A DNA stretch of 64,000 bases from Antechinus flavipes (GCF_016432865.1 NC_067401.1:137144001-137208000); one strand, 5' to 3'. Shown: positions 1 to 12,388, counted from the stretch's first letter. Numbers and translations: made by a program. The notes: a model not told the origin generated them from the sequence alone.

Positions 1-34
1 GGTTCTTATAACTTCAGGCACTGCAGTCACTTAC

Positions 35-317
35 CTGGGTGACTTCTCACTAGGGCCTCCAAAGGAGAAGGAGTATCGCGGAGGAGGCGAGGACTTGAGG
101 GGCGGTGGCAGCGACTGCGGGGCCCCAACCCTTCAGGATCGTTGCCGCCACCATCATCATCATCATTAAAACCAAATCAACTCAGATACTTCCAGCGGAG
201 TTGGGAGAAAGAGTCCCGGATGCAATTTCACCCCCTACCCCACCCCCAACCCTCTCCCTTGCTTTGTTTGGTTTTTCGGAGAAACTTGGAATGAGACACA
301 CCGATTTAGGCAAAAAT
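35..317 (-). other. Candidate non-coding 5'-leader exon of HOXB3
   Basis: Perfect minus-strand donor CAG|GTAAGT at 29-37 (plus: acttacctg). Pyrimidine-tract acceptor TTTTTTCCTTTAAG| ends at 318. It could instead be a first exon driven by the TATAAAG-like motif at 507-514. It lies between the HOXB3 distal promoter and the off-window HOXB3 CDS. Confidence 0.4.
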
Positions 318-711
318 CTTAAAGGAAAAAAATAATAGATGAAAGAAAGGATCCCGCCTGCCCTCTTTTCTCCCCGGTTCCTCTTTGTCCACAGCAAGCT
401 CCCCTAACTTTGGCTGCGCAGGTTGGAGAGCGCTACTGAAGGAGCTCCGGTCTCCGAGACTCATGCGCTCCTGGCCCAGCATGGCACGGAGAAGGAACCG
501 CTGCTCTTTATAAAGACCTAAATGTCGCAAGAAAAGGATAATGGTGACTGACAAGGGGCACGGAAAGGAGAGGGGAACCAAACGGGGCGCCATAGTTGAG
601 GGCAGGCCCAGGCTGGCCCCTCTTCAATGTCACCAGGCCGAATAGGTTCCATATGTCCGTCCAGTCCACATGGAGGGAAAGGGGGCGGGAAAAGCTGAAA
701 AAAAGTCAAGC

Positions 712-712
<1 letters not shown>

Positions 713-759
<47 letters not shown>
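713..759. repeat. (GT)n microsatellite
   Basis: Uninterrupted GT dinucleotide run. Confidence 0.97.
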
Positions 760-760
<1 letters not shown>

Positions 761-3700
761 TGGCGGGATGTATAAGAGTAAAGAAAGTTTCGATTTTTTC
801 TTTTTACTTTTCTGGAATTGAGATGGGGTGTTCTAAATGTCTAAGTCTCTGTCTGTCTATCTGTCTGTCTCTTTCTCTCGGTATACCAAAGGAAGGAAAA
901 GGAGGTTGGAGTGTAAGGGAGACATATAGGAAGGCGTGGAAAGACATATACAGAAAGATAGGGAGAAAGAGAGCAGAAACAAAGTACAAAAAGATAAAGA
1001 AAAAGACAGATTGACAGAAAACAGAGAGACAGAGAGGGGGGAGGGAGAGAGAGAATAGGGAAAGAAGAGCAAAGAGAGAGAGAAGAGAAAAGAGTAGAGG
1101 GAGAAAAAGAAATGAGAGAGAGATTAATTTTAGTCTAGGAAAATTAGAATAAAAAGGAAGGAAGGATGGAGTTCAGCACCTCAGTTACTTCATCCTGTAT
1201 AGTTTGAGGGAAGAGAATAAAATAGTGTAATACATACTGGAATTGAAAGGGAAGATTTTGTTATGGATATACCCCTGCTCTTCTGGTCCAAAATGAGAAG
1301 GTGGGTTTGGCTTTTTAGAAACATAAAAGTGAGAAGATAGAGATTTCCTCTCCCCTCCCCCTTTATTTTGGAGTCATAAGACTTTTCACAAAGAAAGCTG
1401 TAAAGTAGAATTAAGAGTTAGGATACTAGTTCTGTTTTTATCAAAACCTTTATTAGTGTTATTGTTATGATTTTTAATATTGTAAGATGTGTCCTGAATC
1501 AGTTCACATTATTCTCTGACACTTCAATTTTTGCCCCCAGCCTGTGTTCTGAATCCATTTGTCACCCCTTTTTCCAGTTCCTAGTTCCATAATTGATTTA
1601 TGATTTTTGATTTTGAAATGTCTCCTCCTTTCAACAACTGCCTAAATGGAAGGCAGGGAAAAGGAAAAGGAAATATTACTTATGTTGAACACTTCCAAAA
1701 TCTAACAACCTCCTCTATATTTTTCCCATGATGCACTAAAGAAAACCTAAGGGATTTAGATTGCTCTTTCTATTTCCCTCTGTCTTTATGTCTCTTTNNN
1801 NNNNNNNNNNNNNNNNNNNNNNNNNNNNNNNNNNNNNNNNNNNNNNNNNNNNNNNNNNNNNNNNNNNNNNNNNNNNNNNNNNNNNNNNNNNNNNNNNNNN
1901 NNNNNNNNNNNNNNNNNNNNNNNNNNNNNNNCTTAGCATATATGTTCTTGAAAGGAGAGAAAGTTATTTTTATATGCACTTGGGAGTGGGCTCTGAAATA
2001 TGTATTTGTGTGTTACTCTGTAATTTACATTCTCCTCTGTCCTCTCTTTGTCCCTTCTCCTTTTCCTCACCTTAGGCTTAGTCCTACAATTTTTTCTGTA
2101 GGGAAAATTAGATTTTTCTCCCTCTTTCTTCCCCATATAAAAATTCTTCCTTATTTAAAAATCTCCCAGACTTTCTAAATAATCCTAAGATAAAAATAGA
2201 TTTTATTTAAGAGAAGAGAACTGAAGTAAATTCATGGTGGAATGTACCAGTTGTTTTTTCCTGAATTGTTCCCAGTAGACCCAAGTCTTTGTCCCGGACA
2301 ACTTAGAAGACATGGGGGAAACTTTGTCAGGGGCAGATATGGTTCATCTTTAACTCACCTCAACGAATCAAGGGAAAAGAAGGAGAGAGGCTTTTAGTTG
2401 CACTATTTTGTGAAAGCAACTTAGAGCTGAGTGCTTGTATTGGTTGTTACACCTCTAAACCAAAACATAAATGAGATTCAAGCCATTCAGTGAGATGAAG
2501 AGATCATGGTGAAAAGAATGGCATGGCTTTCATGGTCATTGTGTCTTGTGGAATTGTATGCCTTTATTTTAGGTTAAGGAAGAGGTGTAGGAGCCATATC
2601 TTACCCAGGTTTGAGGGAGAATAACAAAGGCCAGAGATGGGTTGAAAGAGTACCAAGGGAAAATTGAGGAATAGAATACACCCTTATGTTATGGGGCTTG
2701 ATGTGGTTCAGAGGAGATTGTCTGGAAAGGGAGTGGATGGGAGAAGGACTCAAGAAGAGGCTTTCTGCTACAGGTGCCTTCAGAATTGCCTGGATCCTAC
2801 TTTTGGAGTTCCCCACACAAAACTGTCTCACAGTCTAATTCTATTTTTTATCCATCTGAAATCAATTGAATTAAATCATTGAAACAATGTTATACAGTTC
2901 TTTTTCTTTTTCTTTCCTCTCCCTTCTCCTCTCAAAAGAACACAATCTATGCTTCTTTTCAGAGATCTCAAGCCTGACTTTGGCCATTGATCTGCGTAAT
3001 AGAGTGCCCTAAATTGGAGGTAACCTCCCACATTTTCCCCAAACTCTTTAGAGAGTCCGGATAAGAAGAGAATGCAGAAAGGAGAGTGCTGTATTCTATC
3101 AACATAGTGTGTACGTACTTACTGGTGCCTGTATGTGCNNNNNNNNNNNNNNNNNNNNNNNNNNNNNNNNNNNNNNNNNNNNNNNNNNNNNNNNNNNNNN
3201 NNNNNNNNNNNNNNNNNNNNNNNNNNNNNNNNNNNNNNNNNNNNNNNNNNNNNNNNNNNNNNNNNNNNNNNNNNNNNNNNNNNNNNNNNNNNNNNNNNNN
3301 NNNNNNNTCGCTATCTCTCTCTGTCTCTCTCTCTCTTTCACACAAACACACACACACACACACACACACTCTTTCCACAAATCCCAAAGATACCGAGGTC
3401 AGGCTTTCTGTAAGGAAGAAAAAAGTAAGGGGGGAAAAAGGTGGAGGAGTTTTTTTTCCTCCACACTCTGGCTTCTCTGGCTTTTATGACCTTCCCCAGC
3501 AGAGGATTCCATCGTTTCCTCTGTTATCAATTCCTAAAAGATCAACGTGGAAATAGACACTCCAACCCCACATTGAAATCAATGATCTTGAGCCGGGGAG
3601 TACTCAAGTTACCAACTTCACCCCCACTTCCTGGGTCCCAGCCCTCTTCTTCTCACCCACTCTACCACCCTACAAGACTACCAAATTCAGATTGACAGGA

Positions 3701-4380
3701 ATGTTGCCTCCCTAGGCCAATTTTTCATCCTCTGAATCTCCCCCTAAAAATAAAATGGTCAACATCAATTTGGAGGTGAATGTGGAAAGGAACATGGGAT
3801 ATGACAAAGAAGGATAAGGGTAGGAAGGATGCTGCCAGGAGCTACTCTCAGTCCAGTTTAAGCCATGAATAATTAAAGGTTAGTTGCTCAGTTGTTCTGA
3901 TTTTTACTATATAAAGGTTTATGCTGGCAGACAGAGTTAAATATCCCACTAATAGTGGTGGTAAAGTTGGTTGGTGAAAGGCCAGAGAGGAGTGAGGAGA
4001 CAGAGGAGGCAAATGGGAAAGGCTAGAGGAAGTGGGAGTGGTGAAGGGGGAAGTTAAAAGTTGGGGACCTTTAGAAATAGGGACGTGTCAGAATGATTTA
4101 AACCTCCAGTTCTAACTTAGTCCAACTTTCTGAAACTCAAAGTAGTGGCCAAGATGAACAGGATCCCTTGTTTTTCTCCCTGGCAGCTCTACTCTTCTTT
4201 GTAGGAATACCAACAGGCTTGGATCATTGAGTGAAAGTGGTCAACTCCCTACCCTCTCAGACTTCCCACCTGACAAAGGCTGAACCCCACTGTGCTAAGG
4301 GGAGGAAGGGCAATGAGCTCAGCCTTTCTTAAACGTGAAGAGGATTCCATTCATCCGTCCCAACATGAACATTTTCAAAT

Positions 4381-4384
<4 letters not shown>

Positions 4385-4457
<73 letters not shown>
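4385..4457. repeat. (CT)n microsatellite
   Basis: Long CT run with an imperfect 3' end. Confidence 0.97.
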
Positions 4458-5290
4458 TTCCCCCTGTTCAAAGACACCTTCACTCATTCTAGGAGAAACT
4501 TTGAAAACTGTCCCCAAATCCTACTTCACCATTCAGCGCCTGCTAATCAGGGTCCAGCAGCAAACTAACTATTAAAGGAACTTCCTTTGTTTCAGGAGGT
4601 TGGAGGAAGGCTGATGGGCTGTGAATTCATTTCCTTGTTTTGTTACCAAGGAGGTAGGGGGAGCCTAGGGCATCAACCTCCTGCTGGACACGACTCCTCT
4701 CAGGACACTTCTCTCTCCACTTCTATTGTCTTTCCCTCTACTAAGCAGACTCTCTCCAACACTTATTCATAAACACACAATCACACAATAACCACAACTT
4801 GGTTTCCTTTTTGGGATCCCACAAAAACAGCTATATAAAACTTCTACTTTGGCTAAATTAATTCTCAAAAATAATCTGCATAAAATAATCTCTTTTCCTC
4901 AGCCCCTAAGTCCCTTTTGCCCAATAGCTCCTTTTTCCAGGAGAGCTGGGTGCAGATACTCTCTGGTCCTAGAAACCATACTTCTATTGGAAAAACAATG
5001 AAAAATGGGGCTGAGTCTAGTGAAGGGATGCTGGTAATATCGGACTTGAAGATGTAATTTTTATATTAGGTCGTGGTCTTTTACTGGGTTTATATGCCAA
5101 TGAGGAATTCCTAGTTTACCAAACTTATACAAATTTTGCCTTAATTGAGAATCACAAATGCTGTAATTTAAGACCTCCAGCTATAGAGCTTTCATATTAA
5201 CTGTTGATATATATTACTGTAAATTTTCTGAAATAATCAACTCTGGGAAGCAGGGCAGACAGGGTGGAAGCGACTCAGAAAAAACCTCAA

Positions 5291-5291
<1 letters not shown>

Positions 5292-5325
<34 letters not shown>

Positions 5326-5518
5326 TTCTCTCTCTCTCCCTCCCTCCCGCTGAAACAGCACCGCTTCCACATCATTTTCTGTGAGAAATGATTTATCGGA
5401 GACACGGCCATAAACACCACAACTCGATCACAAACACACACAGACGCGCATACACACAATGGCAGGGCATACCGGTAGAGAGCTGACACCCATATTGCAA
5501 TAAATCAAGAAAAGATTG

Positions 5519-5586
<68 letters not shown>
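5292..5586. repeat. (CT)n at 5292-5338 and (GA)n at 5521-5586, inverted relative to each other
   Basis: Two complementary dinucleotide runs flank about 180 bp of unique sequence. Confidence 0.9.
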
Positions 5587-5592
<6 letters not shown>

Positions 5593-7105
5593 CCTAAAAT
5601 ATCTATGCGATGCCTCAATGCGTATAAATANNNNNNNNNNNNNNNNNNNNNNNNNNNNNNNNNNNNNNNNNNNNNNNNNNNNNNNNNNNNNNNNNNNNNN
5701 NNNNNNNNNNNNNNNNNNNNNNNNNNNNNNNNNNNNNNNNNNNNNNNNNNNNNNNNNNNNNNNNNNNNNNNNNNNNNNNNNNNNNNGTTGTGGCTCCGGC
5801 TCTCGGGGCTCTTTTATTGCTGTCTCCCTCTCTTTTTCTCTCTCTCTCTCTCTCCCTCTCTCTCTTTTTTCTCGGGATATAGGCNNNNNNNNNNNNNNNN
5901 NNNNNNNNNNNNNNNNNNNNNNNNNNNNNNNNNNNNNNNNNNNNNNNNNNNNNNNNNNNNNNNNNNNNNNNNNNNNNNNNNNNNNNNNNNNNNNNNNNNN
6001 NNNNNNNNNNNNNNNNNNNNNNNNNNNNNNNNNNNNNNNNNNNNNNNNNNNNNNNNNNNNNNNNNNNNNNNNNAAGGATTTTTTTTCCTCCAAAATAGGT
6101 CTCCCCCACCCTCCCGACGGAAAAAAAAAAAAACCCCACCAATAGAACCTTAGCTGAGTTCTCTCCTCTTCTCTAAATTCACCTATAGATAGATGTCTAA
6201 CAATCAAAGCGGAACCCATATCTCCTACTTTCCCTATTCTGCCTCTGAAGAGGTATAAAAAATAATCTGGATAGGTGCTTAGTTGGATAGGAGTGGGGGC
6301 CGGAATCCGATGCAATGCAAAAGAGTTTCTCAGACTTCCATTTTACATATTTTAGAAATAATGTCTCCCTAATACTTTTACCATCTCTCTGTATTTTGTG
6401 ATTCTCCCTTCCATAAACAACATGACTAAAGGGATCATCTCAAGAGGAAAAATCTCTCAAGTCCCACATTTTAAAGAGACTAATACATGACTGGCTGGGG
6501 CTCCTCGCCTTTTTTTGTTTTTTGGGGTTGTTGGGTTTTTTTAGCCTCCTTTATTGAAGTTTCTAAGGGTGTAGCGCAGTATATGTAGGATGGAATGCAA
6601 CTACAGGCATTTCCACAACACTCTTCCAACATGAAAATTTTATGTTTTCATAACTACTAAAGGAATCTAAACCAAATAACTGGACATTATCTCGCTCTAG
6701 AAACAAAGAGCAGGAAAGGAACCTCAGCACAAAGGACACAGACACACAATCTCTCTACCTATATCGAACTTCTGTCTCTATCCCACCCCGCCCCCTCCTG
6801 ACACCCCGACACCAGAACACGGGACAGCTGCAGATCTGAAACTCTTGGGAGGGTGAGGGACAAGAAAGAGACTTTGAAGTCCAGAGCCCTCACCTTCCCT
6901 ATTTCTCAGGTGTTAGAGGAAGACAAAGTGTGAGTTGGATAGAAAGGAAGAAAGACAGAGACACAGAGAGACAGAGACAGAGACAGAGACACAGAGAGAG
7001 ACACAGAGCCCTTCTAACACAAAAGAGTCTGCTCAAATGTAAAAGAGAAAGAAGGGAATAATAAAAAGGTCAAAGAAGGAGAAATTCTTTCAAGGGACAC
7101 ATATG

Positions 7106-7136
<31 letters not shown>

Positions 7137-8795
7137 CAAACTCGAAAACTTTAAAATAGGTAAGCAAGAAAAAGTCAATTAAAAGTCTTCCCTTTTACCC
7201 AGGTAATTCATCCTCTGTGCGAGGAATAGAAACAAACAACAAAGCATAGAATAAAACATAAACAAAAACACAGAAAATTGGGGACACTGAAGAAAAAGAC
7301 CATACTTGGCTAACATTCCCTTTCTTATCTTCAGATTTTAACTCTGAGTACTGCCTAAGCGCAACTTCATTACAGAAGAGAAGGGGAAATCTTAAAACAC
7401 GAACCCGGATGAGAGGCGTTTGAAAGGACAAGGTGTCTCCCTCGTCTTTGTTTTGTCTGGGGTCCTGGACAAAAATCAAAGCAAGGGACGACTTTCACAA
7501 ACGCAAGTTACACTTAACAAACAACACTCTAATGTCAACTACTCTCCAAACCGAAAATTCCAACAAGCTGCAGTCACGCTTCTCAGATAGCCAGAACAGT
7601 ATTCTTTCAACCATCAACCATCTCCCTCATCAAACCTATCAATTTGTGAAGGTGTCCGATTAGTACACCAAACTAGAGGAATAGCAAATGGGGAACAGAC
7701 TTTACCGTCCTAATTATAAACATCTGAACTATTGGATCAGGGCAATCTACTTACTCAAACATACTCGAACCCACTGACAACAATATACAATATATATGTA
7801 TGTGTGTGTAAAGTCAATGCCACCCCGGCTCCTACTAAAACACTTTCCAAGTTTCTTGAAATCAACCCTCCAAATTGATCCATACCCTTGCCCCCTAAAA
7901 GAAAAGCACCCCCATCGAATTCCAAAACGTCTATGGCATTTCGAGGAGAAGGAAAGCAATATTGGTCGATATCTGGCACATCCTGCGAGACGGCAAAGCA
8001 GGGAAGAAATATTCAATAAAAGGAAAGACAAGCCTTCCCGGCGGCCTTGGTTAAAAAGCCCACACTCAGTTCCAAGAATGGGAAAGGCGGCGATCAAAAT
8101 AAACAACCGGCCCAGCTCCAAGCTGGGCGGTTTCTCCCGGCCGATAAAACGGACGATTATATAGCTGAGAGGAGAGATTGATTTACGCATCTGAACGCGC
8201 CAGTTTTATGGGCTATCACAAATCCGTCAGCGCTCAACTCACGCTGGGAAACTTCCCAACTCTGTGTTCCAGGCAGACCTACTCGAAACCGAAGCTTTTC
8301 AGGGAGAATTACCCAGACCTTTTGCCCTGGGCCTGATCAGTTTTTCCCGCTTTTAACCCAAATCCACAGTGCTTCCTGACCCCGACCCCCATTACCTTTC
8401 TTTCTGCAATCTCGGTTTATTTTCCCCTGGATTGCCCAGGTTGGCGTAGAGGGGCTAGCGTGGGGGAGGTGTTAGCAATGAAGAAGAATTTGGGTTAGGG
8501 AAAGAAGGGAGGTAAAGAGATTAAAAAAAGAAGAAGAAATCTGGAGGAACCCCGAGAAGGTGCTGAAATCCCTGACTGGATCTGAAGTGGGAAGTGTTCT
8601 GAGAAAGAATGGCCCCAAGCCTGAGACTTCAGCGCAGCTCGTCCTTTCCAACTGGGGAAAGAAACTGAGTGAGGGTGAGAGGGGGAGGTTATCATAATCC
8701 CAACCTGGGAGGAGGCCAGGCTAAGAAAAAAAAAGAAACCTGGTCACTCTAAGATCCCCACGAATTTCAAATCTCTGCAACCACATTGGTTCTTT

Positions 8796-8807
8796 TTATT
8801 ATTATTA

Positions 8808-8842
<35 letters not shown>
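8796..8842. repeat. (ATT)n microsatellite
   Basis: Trinucleotide run with one interruption. Confidence 0.95.
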
Positions 8843-8843
<1 letters not shown>

Positions 8844-10279
8844 CTGATTTTGGACTTCCAAATCATGACTCCTTAGGGGTTTTTTCGACCCTAAATCCTC
8901 TCTCCATCTCTCATGTGATTTTTTTTATTACTTTGTATAACTGCAGGTCTCCCTCTCTATGCCTCCATTGCTTGTGTGAGCTTCTTTGTAGATTTTGTCT
9001 TTAATCATATCTGTAATTTGTTGCTAGTGAGGCCTAGATCAGAGGAGTTAGAGTCTACACAGGGAGCCTGTTCTTTGAGTCCCACATACACCCCACCCTC
9101 CAAACACCGGTTGCTGATCTGAAGTTCCAAGGAGGTCTAAAATAGCCCCTTTGGGGAGGGATTGCTAAATAAAGATTGCTGTCACACTCTCTTCCCATGT
9201 GGGTGCAGAGAAGCATCTACAGCAGACTCCCCAAATCATGGAATATCTACCATCAAATTTCTACCATCATACTCTCAGCTAAGACAAATGGTCCCCAGTC
9301 CATTTGAGCTTCCAATCTCTATCATTGTCTCTGTTCCTAAACTAGCCTTTGTTTCTGTCTCTAAGGAGTCAGTTTATTTCTGGTGTCTTCTAAGCACATT
9401 CATACTCAGGAGTTACCATTCTGAGGGGATATATTCTTATTTCTGTGGCTTGGTTATTTTCTGATGATGTATGACTTCTTTGTTAGAAAAATCTTCAGCT
9501 GAGCTGAAGACCTACCTAGAACAATTTGCCACAAAGAGAAGGCCTCCCTTTCTATCTTTCCCTCAAAGCTTCCTTCCCAAAGCAAAGAATGGAGAGATAT
9601 TAATTGTGTGTAGGGTGATGTTTATGAAAAGAGAGGATGCAGAAAAAACAACATCTTATGGATAAGAAAGGGCATAGCTTCTGAACAAAAGAATTACTAA
9701 CACTGTGTTATGTGTTGTGAGAAAGACCTGCAGTATTGTGATCAGCATAGGAACCCAGGTGTTCCTTATCACTTGGTCCTCTGAGGCCTGCCTGCACCTC
9801 TCCTCATCTCTCCTCCCTTTGTCTTTGTGTTTCCTCCCAGCTCTTCTTTCATGCAAAGCACAGAGAAATGGGGAGGGGGGGAATGCGTAGAGGGCCGGAG
9901 ACAGACCCTCCAGAGCAAAGATGCTAAAGCAAAAGGATATAGTGAAGGAATATGAACAGATTCCTCTTTCTCCCTTCCTCCGTCTCTACTCCTCCAGCTA
10001 AAAATCTTAACCATTTTCCTCAGTGAAGAAAAATAGCCAAAGGATAATGCCAGAGGATTTTAAAAATAGTAGAAATGAAGATGGGACCTAGCAAGGATAG
10101 GGAAAACTGTTCTATACTCCCACAGAAGCTTCCTCTCTCCATCTGGAGGAGTGAATCTCCCTCTATTCCTCCCTGTCCTGGAGTGGAGATGTTACACAGC
10201 ACAATGTCCAGTCTCAGAGGTCAAGGGGCTTCCGAGGTCATTCTCTGGTTATAATACTTAGCTAATCGCCTAGAAAACG

Positions 10280-10291
10280 TGGCCTCTCCAT

Positions 10292-10296
<5 letters not shown>
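10280..10296 (-). promoter_or_regulatory. DR5 RARE of the Hoxb4 3' early neural enhancer (ENE)
   Basis: Minus strand AGTTCA-tggag-AGGCCA matches the Hoxb4 3' DR5 element as recalled; about 4.3 kb 3' of the HOXB4 stop. Confidence 0.85.

Positions 10297-10349
<53 letters not shown>
10295..10349. repeat. (CT)n microsatellite abutting the ENE RARE
   Basis: The CT run starts within the last 2 nt of the TGAACT half-site. Confidence 0.95.
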
Positions 10350-10351
<2 letters not shown>

Positions 10352-10550
10352 TTCTTCCCCTCTCTCTCTCCCCCTTTACTCATACAAACTGATAAAGCTG
10401 CCCCAAATTTTGACTAGCCAACTTGTTTATTTCTCCCTCTCCAGGGAGTCTTAGCTCCCAAAATAATTCTGAATCTCAAGGGGAAAAGAGGAGAAAGTAC
10501 TAAAAAGAGAAGGAAAGAAAGGGAAGTAAGGTAGGGTGGGAATCCTATTG

Positions 10551-10627
10551 GAATGTAAGCTTCTTGAGGACAGGGACTGTCTTTATTTATTTTTTTTTGT
10601 ATTCTTAGAACTTAATAAATGCTTTTT
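10551..10627 (+). mobile_element. LINE-2 (L2) 3'-end fragment with internal deletion
   Basis: gaatgtaagcttcttgaggacagggactgtctt...tttgtattctt...cttaataaatgctt matches the L2 3' terminus signature (TGTAAGCTCCTTGAGGGCAGGGAC...TTAATAAATGCTT). Confidence 0.7.
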
Positions 10628-10855
10628 CTTTTCCTTTTTTTCAAGAAAGAAAGAATATTCAACTGTCAAATAACAGCCTCTATTGTGAACTAAAGTTTCT
10701 TTTTTCCCCCTAGAGATGAACACATATTTATTTAAATACCAAAACAGACACATGCACAAAGCAGCAAATTAACAGTATGATTCAAATCCATATTAAGGAA
10801 TCAATGGCAGAACAGTTAAGATTCTGTTTTCAAAAGGTAAATAGAGGAAAAATCA

Positions 10856-10864
10856 TATATATAT

Positions 10865-10904
<40 letters not shown>
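10856..10904. repeat. (AT)n microsatellite
   Basis: AT run with one slip. Confidence 0.95.
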
Positions 10905-10908
<4 letters not shown>

Positions 10909-11383
10909 TGGCTCTGGGTAGATTTCTAAAAGGTATGTATGTATATACACATACTTATGTTTCTCCGTGTGAAATGTATATATACATATATGATATAAAT
11001 TCATACGTGTATTTTATGAGCCAAACCTGAAAACTTCTGAAACAACCTCATATCACTTTCTCTCTCTCTCTCTCTGATTTTTCAAGAGTCTTGACATCAC
11101 AGCCCTCAGTCTGTTCAAATAATCTCCAGTTGTCAAATTTTGCTCTCCCAAAGTATCCGTCAAAATAAAAAAATAAAAAAACCAAACTGTTACTAAAACC
11201 GTTACTGTAAAAAAAAAAAATGAATGTATACATACATTCATTATATATATATATATATATATATCAGATACTTTTAAAAGAAAGAGGAGCAGAAGCAGGA
11301 GAGAAATTCTTATTTCAACTGGTTTCTTAAAAGGGCTCATAAAACCATCAGAAAGCCGCCAGCCCAAAACACCACATTGTTAC

Positions 11384-11552
11384 CTTTGGGTCTCTCTTCT
11401 CTTCTCGCCTGGGCTCCACGGATCCTATTCATGCTGACCGCCTTCTTCCAAACTGAGAGAAAAAAGTTTTCAACTTTATGGTTCCAAATTTTTTCCCCCT
11501 CGCAGATCCTGGAGAGGCGGCTAACACTTTTTTCCCCCAACAGACGGTCTGC
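11384..11552 (-). other. HOXB3: HOXB3 distal (P1) non-coding first exon; 5' end runs into the N-gap
   Basis: Minus strand GTTGGGGGAAAAAAGTGTTAGCCG...GGAACCATAAAGTTGAAAACTTTTTTCTCTCAGTTTGGAAGAAG...CCCAAAG|GTAACA resembles the human HOXB3 mRNA leader as recalled. Donor after 11384; about 1.6-1.8 kb 3' of the HOXB4 poly(A) signal. Confidence 0.6.
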
Positions 11553-12341
11553 NNNNNNNNNNNNNNNNNNNNNNNNNNNNNNNNNNNNNNNNNNNNNNNN
11601 NNNNNNNNNNNNNNNNNNNNNNNNNNNNNNNNNNNNNNNNNNNNNNNNNNNNNNNNNNNNNNNNNNNNNNNNNNNNNNNNNNNNNNNNNNNNAAATCCTT
11701 TTTTCCCCTACGATCCTATTCATACCTTTCAGGGGACAGCTTTGATTCGCTTCTATAGAGGAGCATTCCTGGGGGTCATATGCTTTTTAAGAACTATTTT
11801 TTTTTTTTTTTAGCATTAAGGGCTGCATCTCCGAGCATCTAAACACAGCATTTCGTTTCTAGTCGAAACAAAGCCTTCCCCTCTCATCGCTAGCAAGGAG
11901 AAAAGTTTCCTTTTTGTCTCAGTGGAGCATTTCATTAGCCAGTGAGAGCTGGGACAGTTCGAACACTTAGTCCCCTAGGCCACCAAATGTGGGCCTCTGA
12001 ACCCCTCTCACTATCTCTTGAGCCTGGTTGATGTTATTTGGCCCTCTTGCCCACTGACTCCCATATCCAGCGTATTCCTGAAGATTCATTGTCATACACA
12101 CCACATAAGGGGAGGAAGTTAGTGTCGTTTTATTCGACTAAGGAAGATGTCACGAAGTAACAACGCTATTTAAAAGAGCTAACTTCCTCTTTGGGAACAG
12201 TAGGCTACTTTAGATACAACAAGGGAAGGGAGATCATAGTAAAGCCTGACTATAGGAATTAACCCCCTTCCTAAATCAAGGCTGTGTACTCGGACATTAA
12301 GCCAGAAAATCAATTGCTGTTCTTTTCCATAACTCCCCCCT

Positions 12342-12344
<3 letters not shown>

Positions 12345-12388
<44 letters not shown>
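12345..12388. repeat. (CA)n microsatellite
   Basis: Uninterrupted CA run. Confidence 0.97.

Noticed and set aside
5428-6315. Long ORFs of 150-295 aa spanning N-runs or microsatellites (also 29338-30133, 33332-33932, 38503-39088)
   Set aside because: Their length comes from X residues or (SL)n/(RE)n/(CV)n repeat translation.
11720-11726. Minus-strand donor AAG|GTATGA
   Set aside because: It lies upstream of the better-supported donor at 11384 and appears to be read through in the recalled human leader; no evidence of use.
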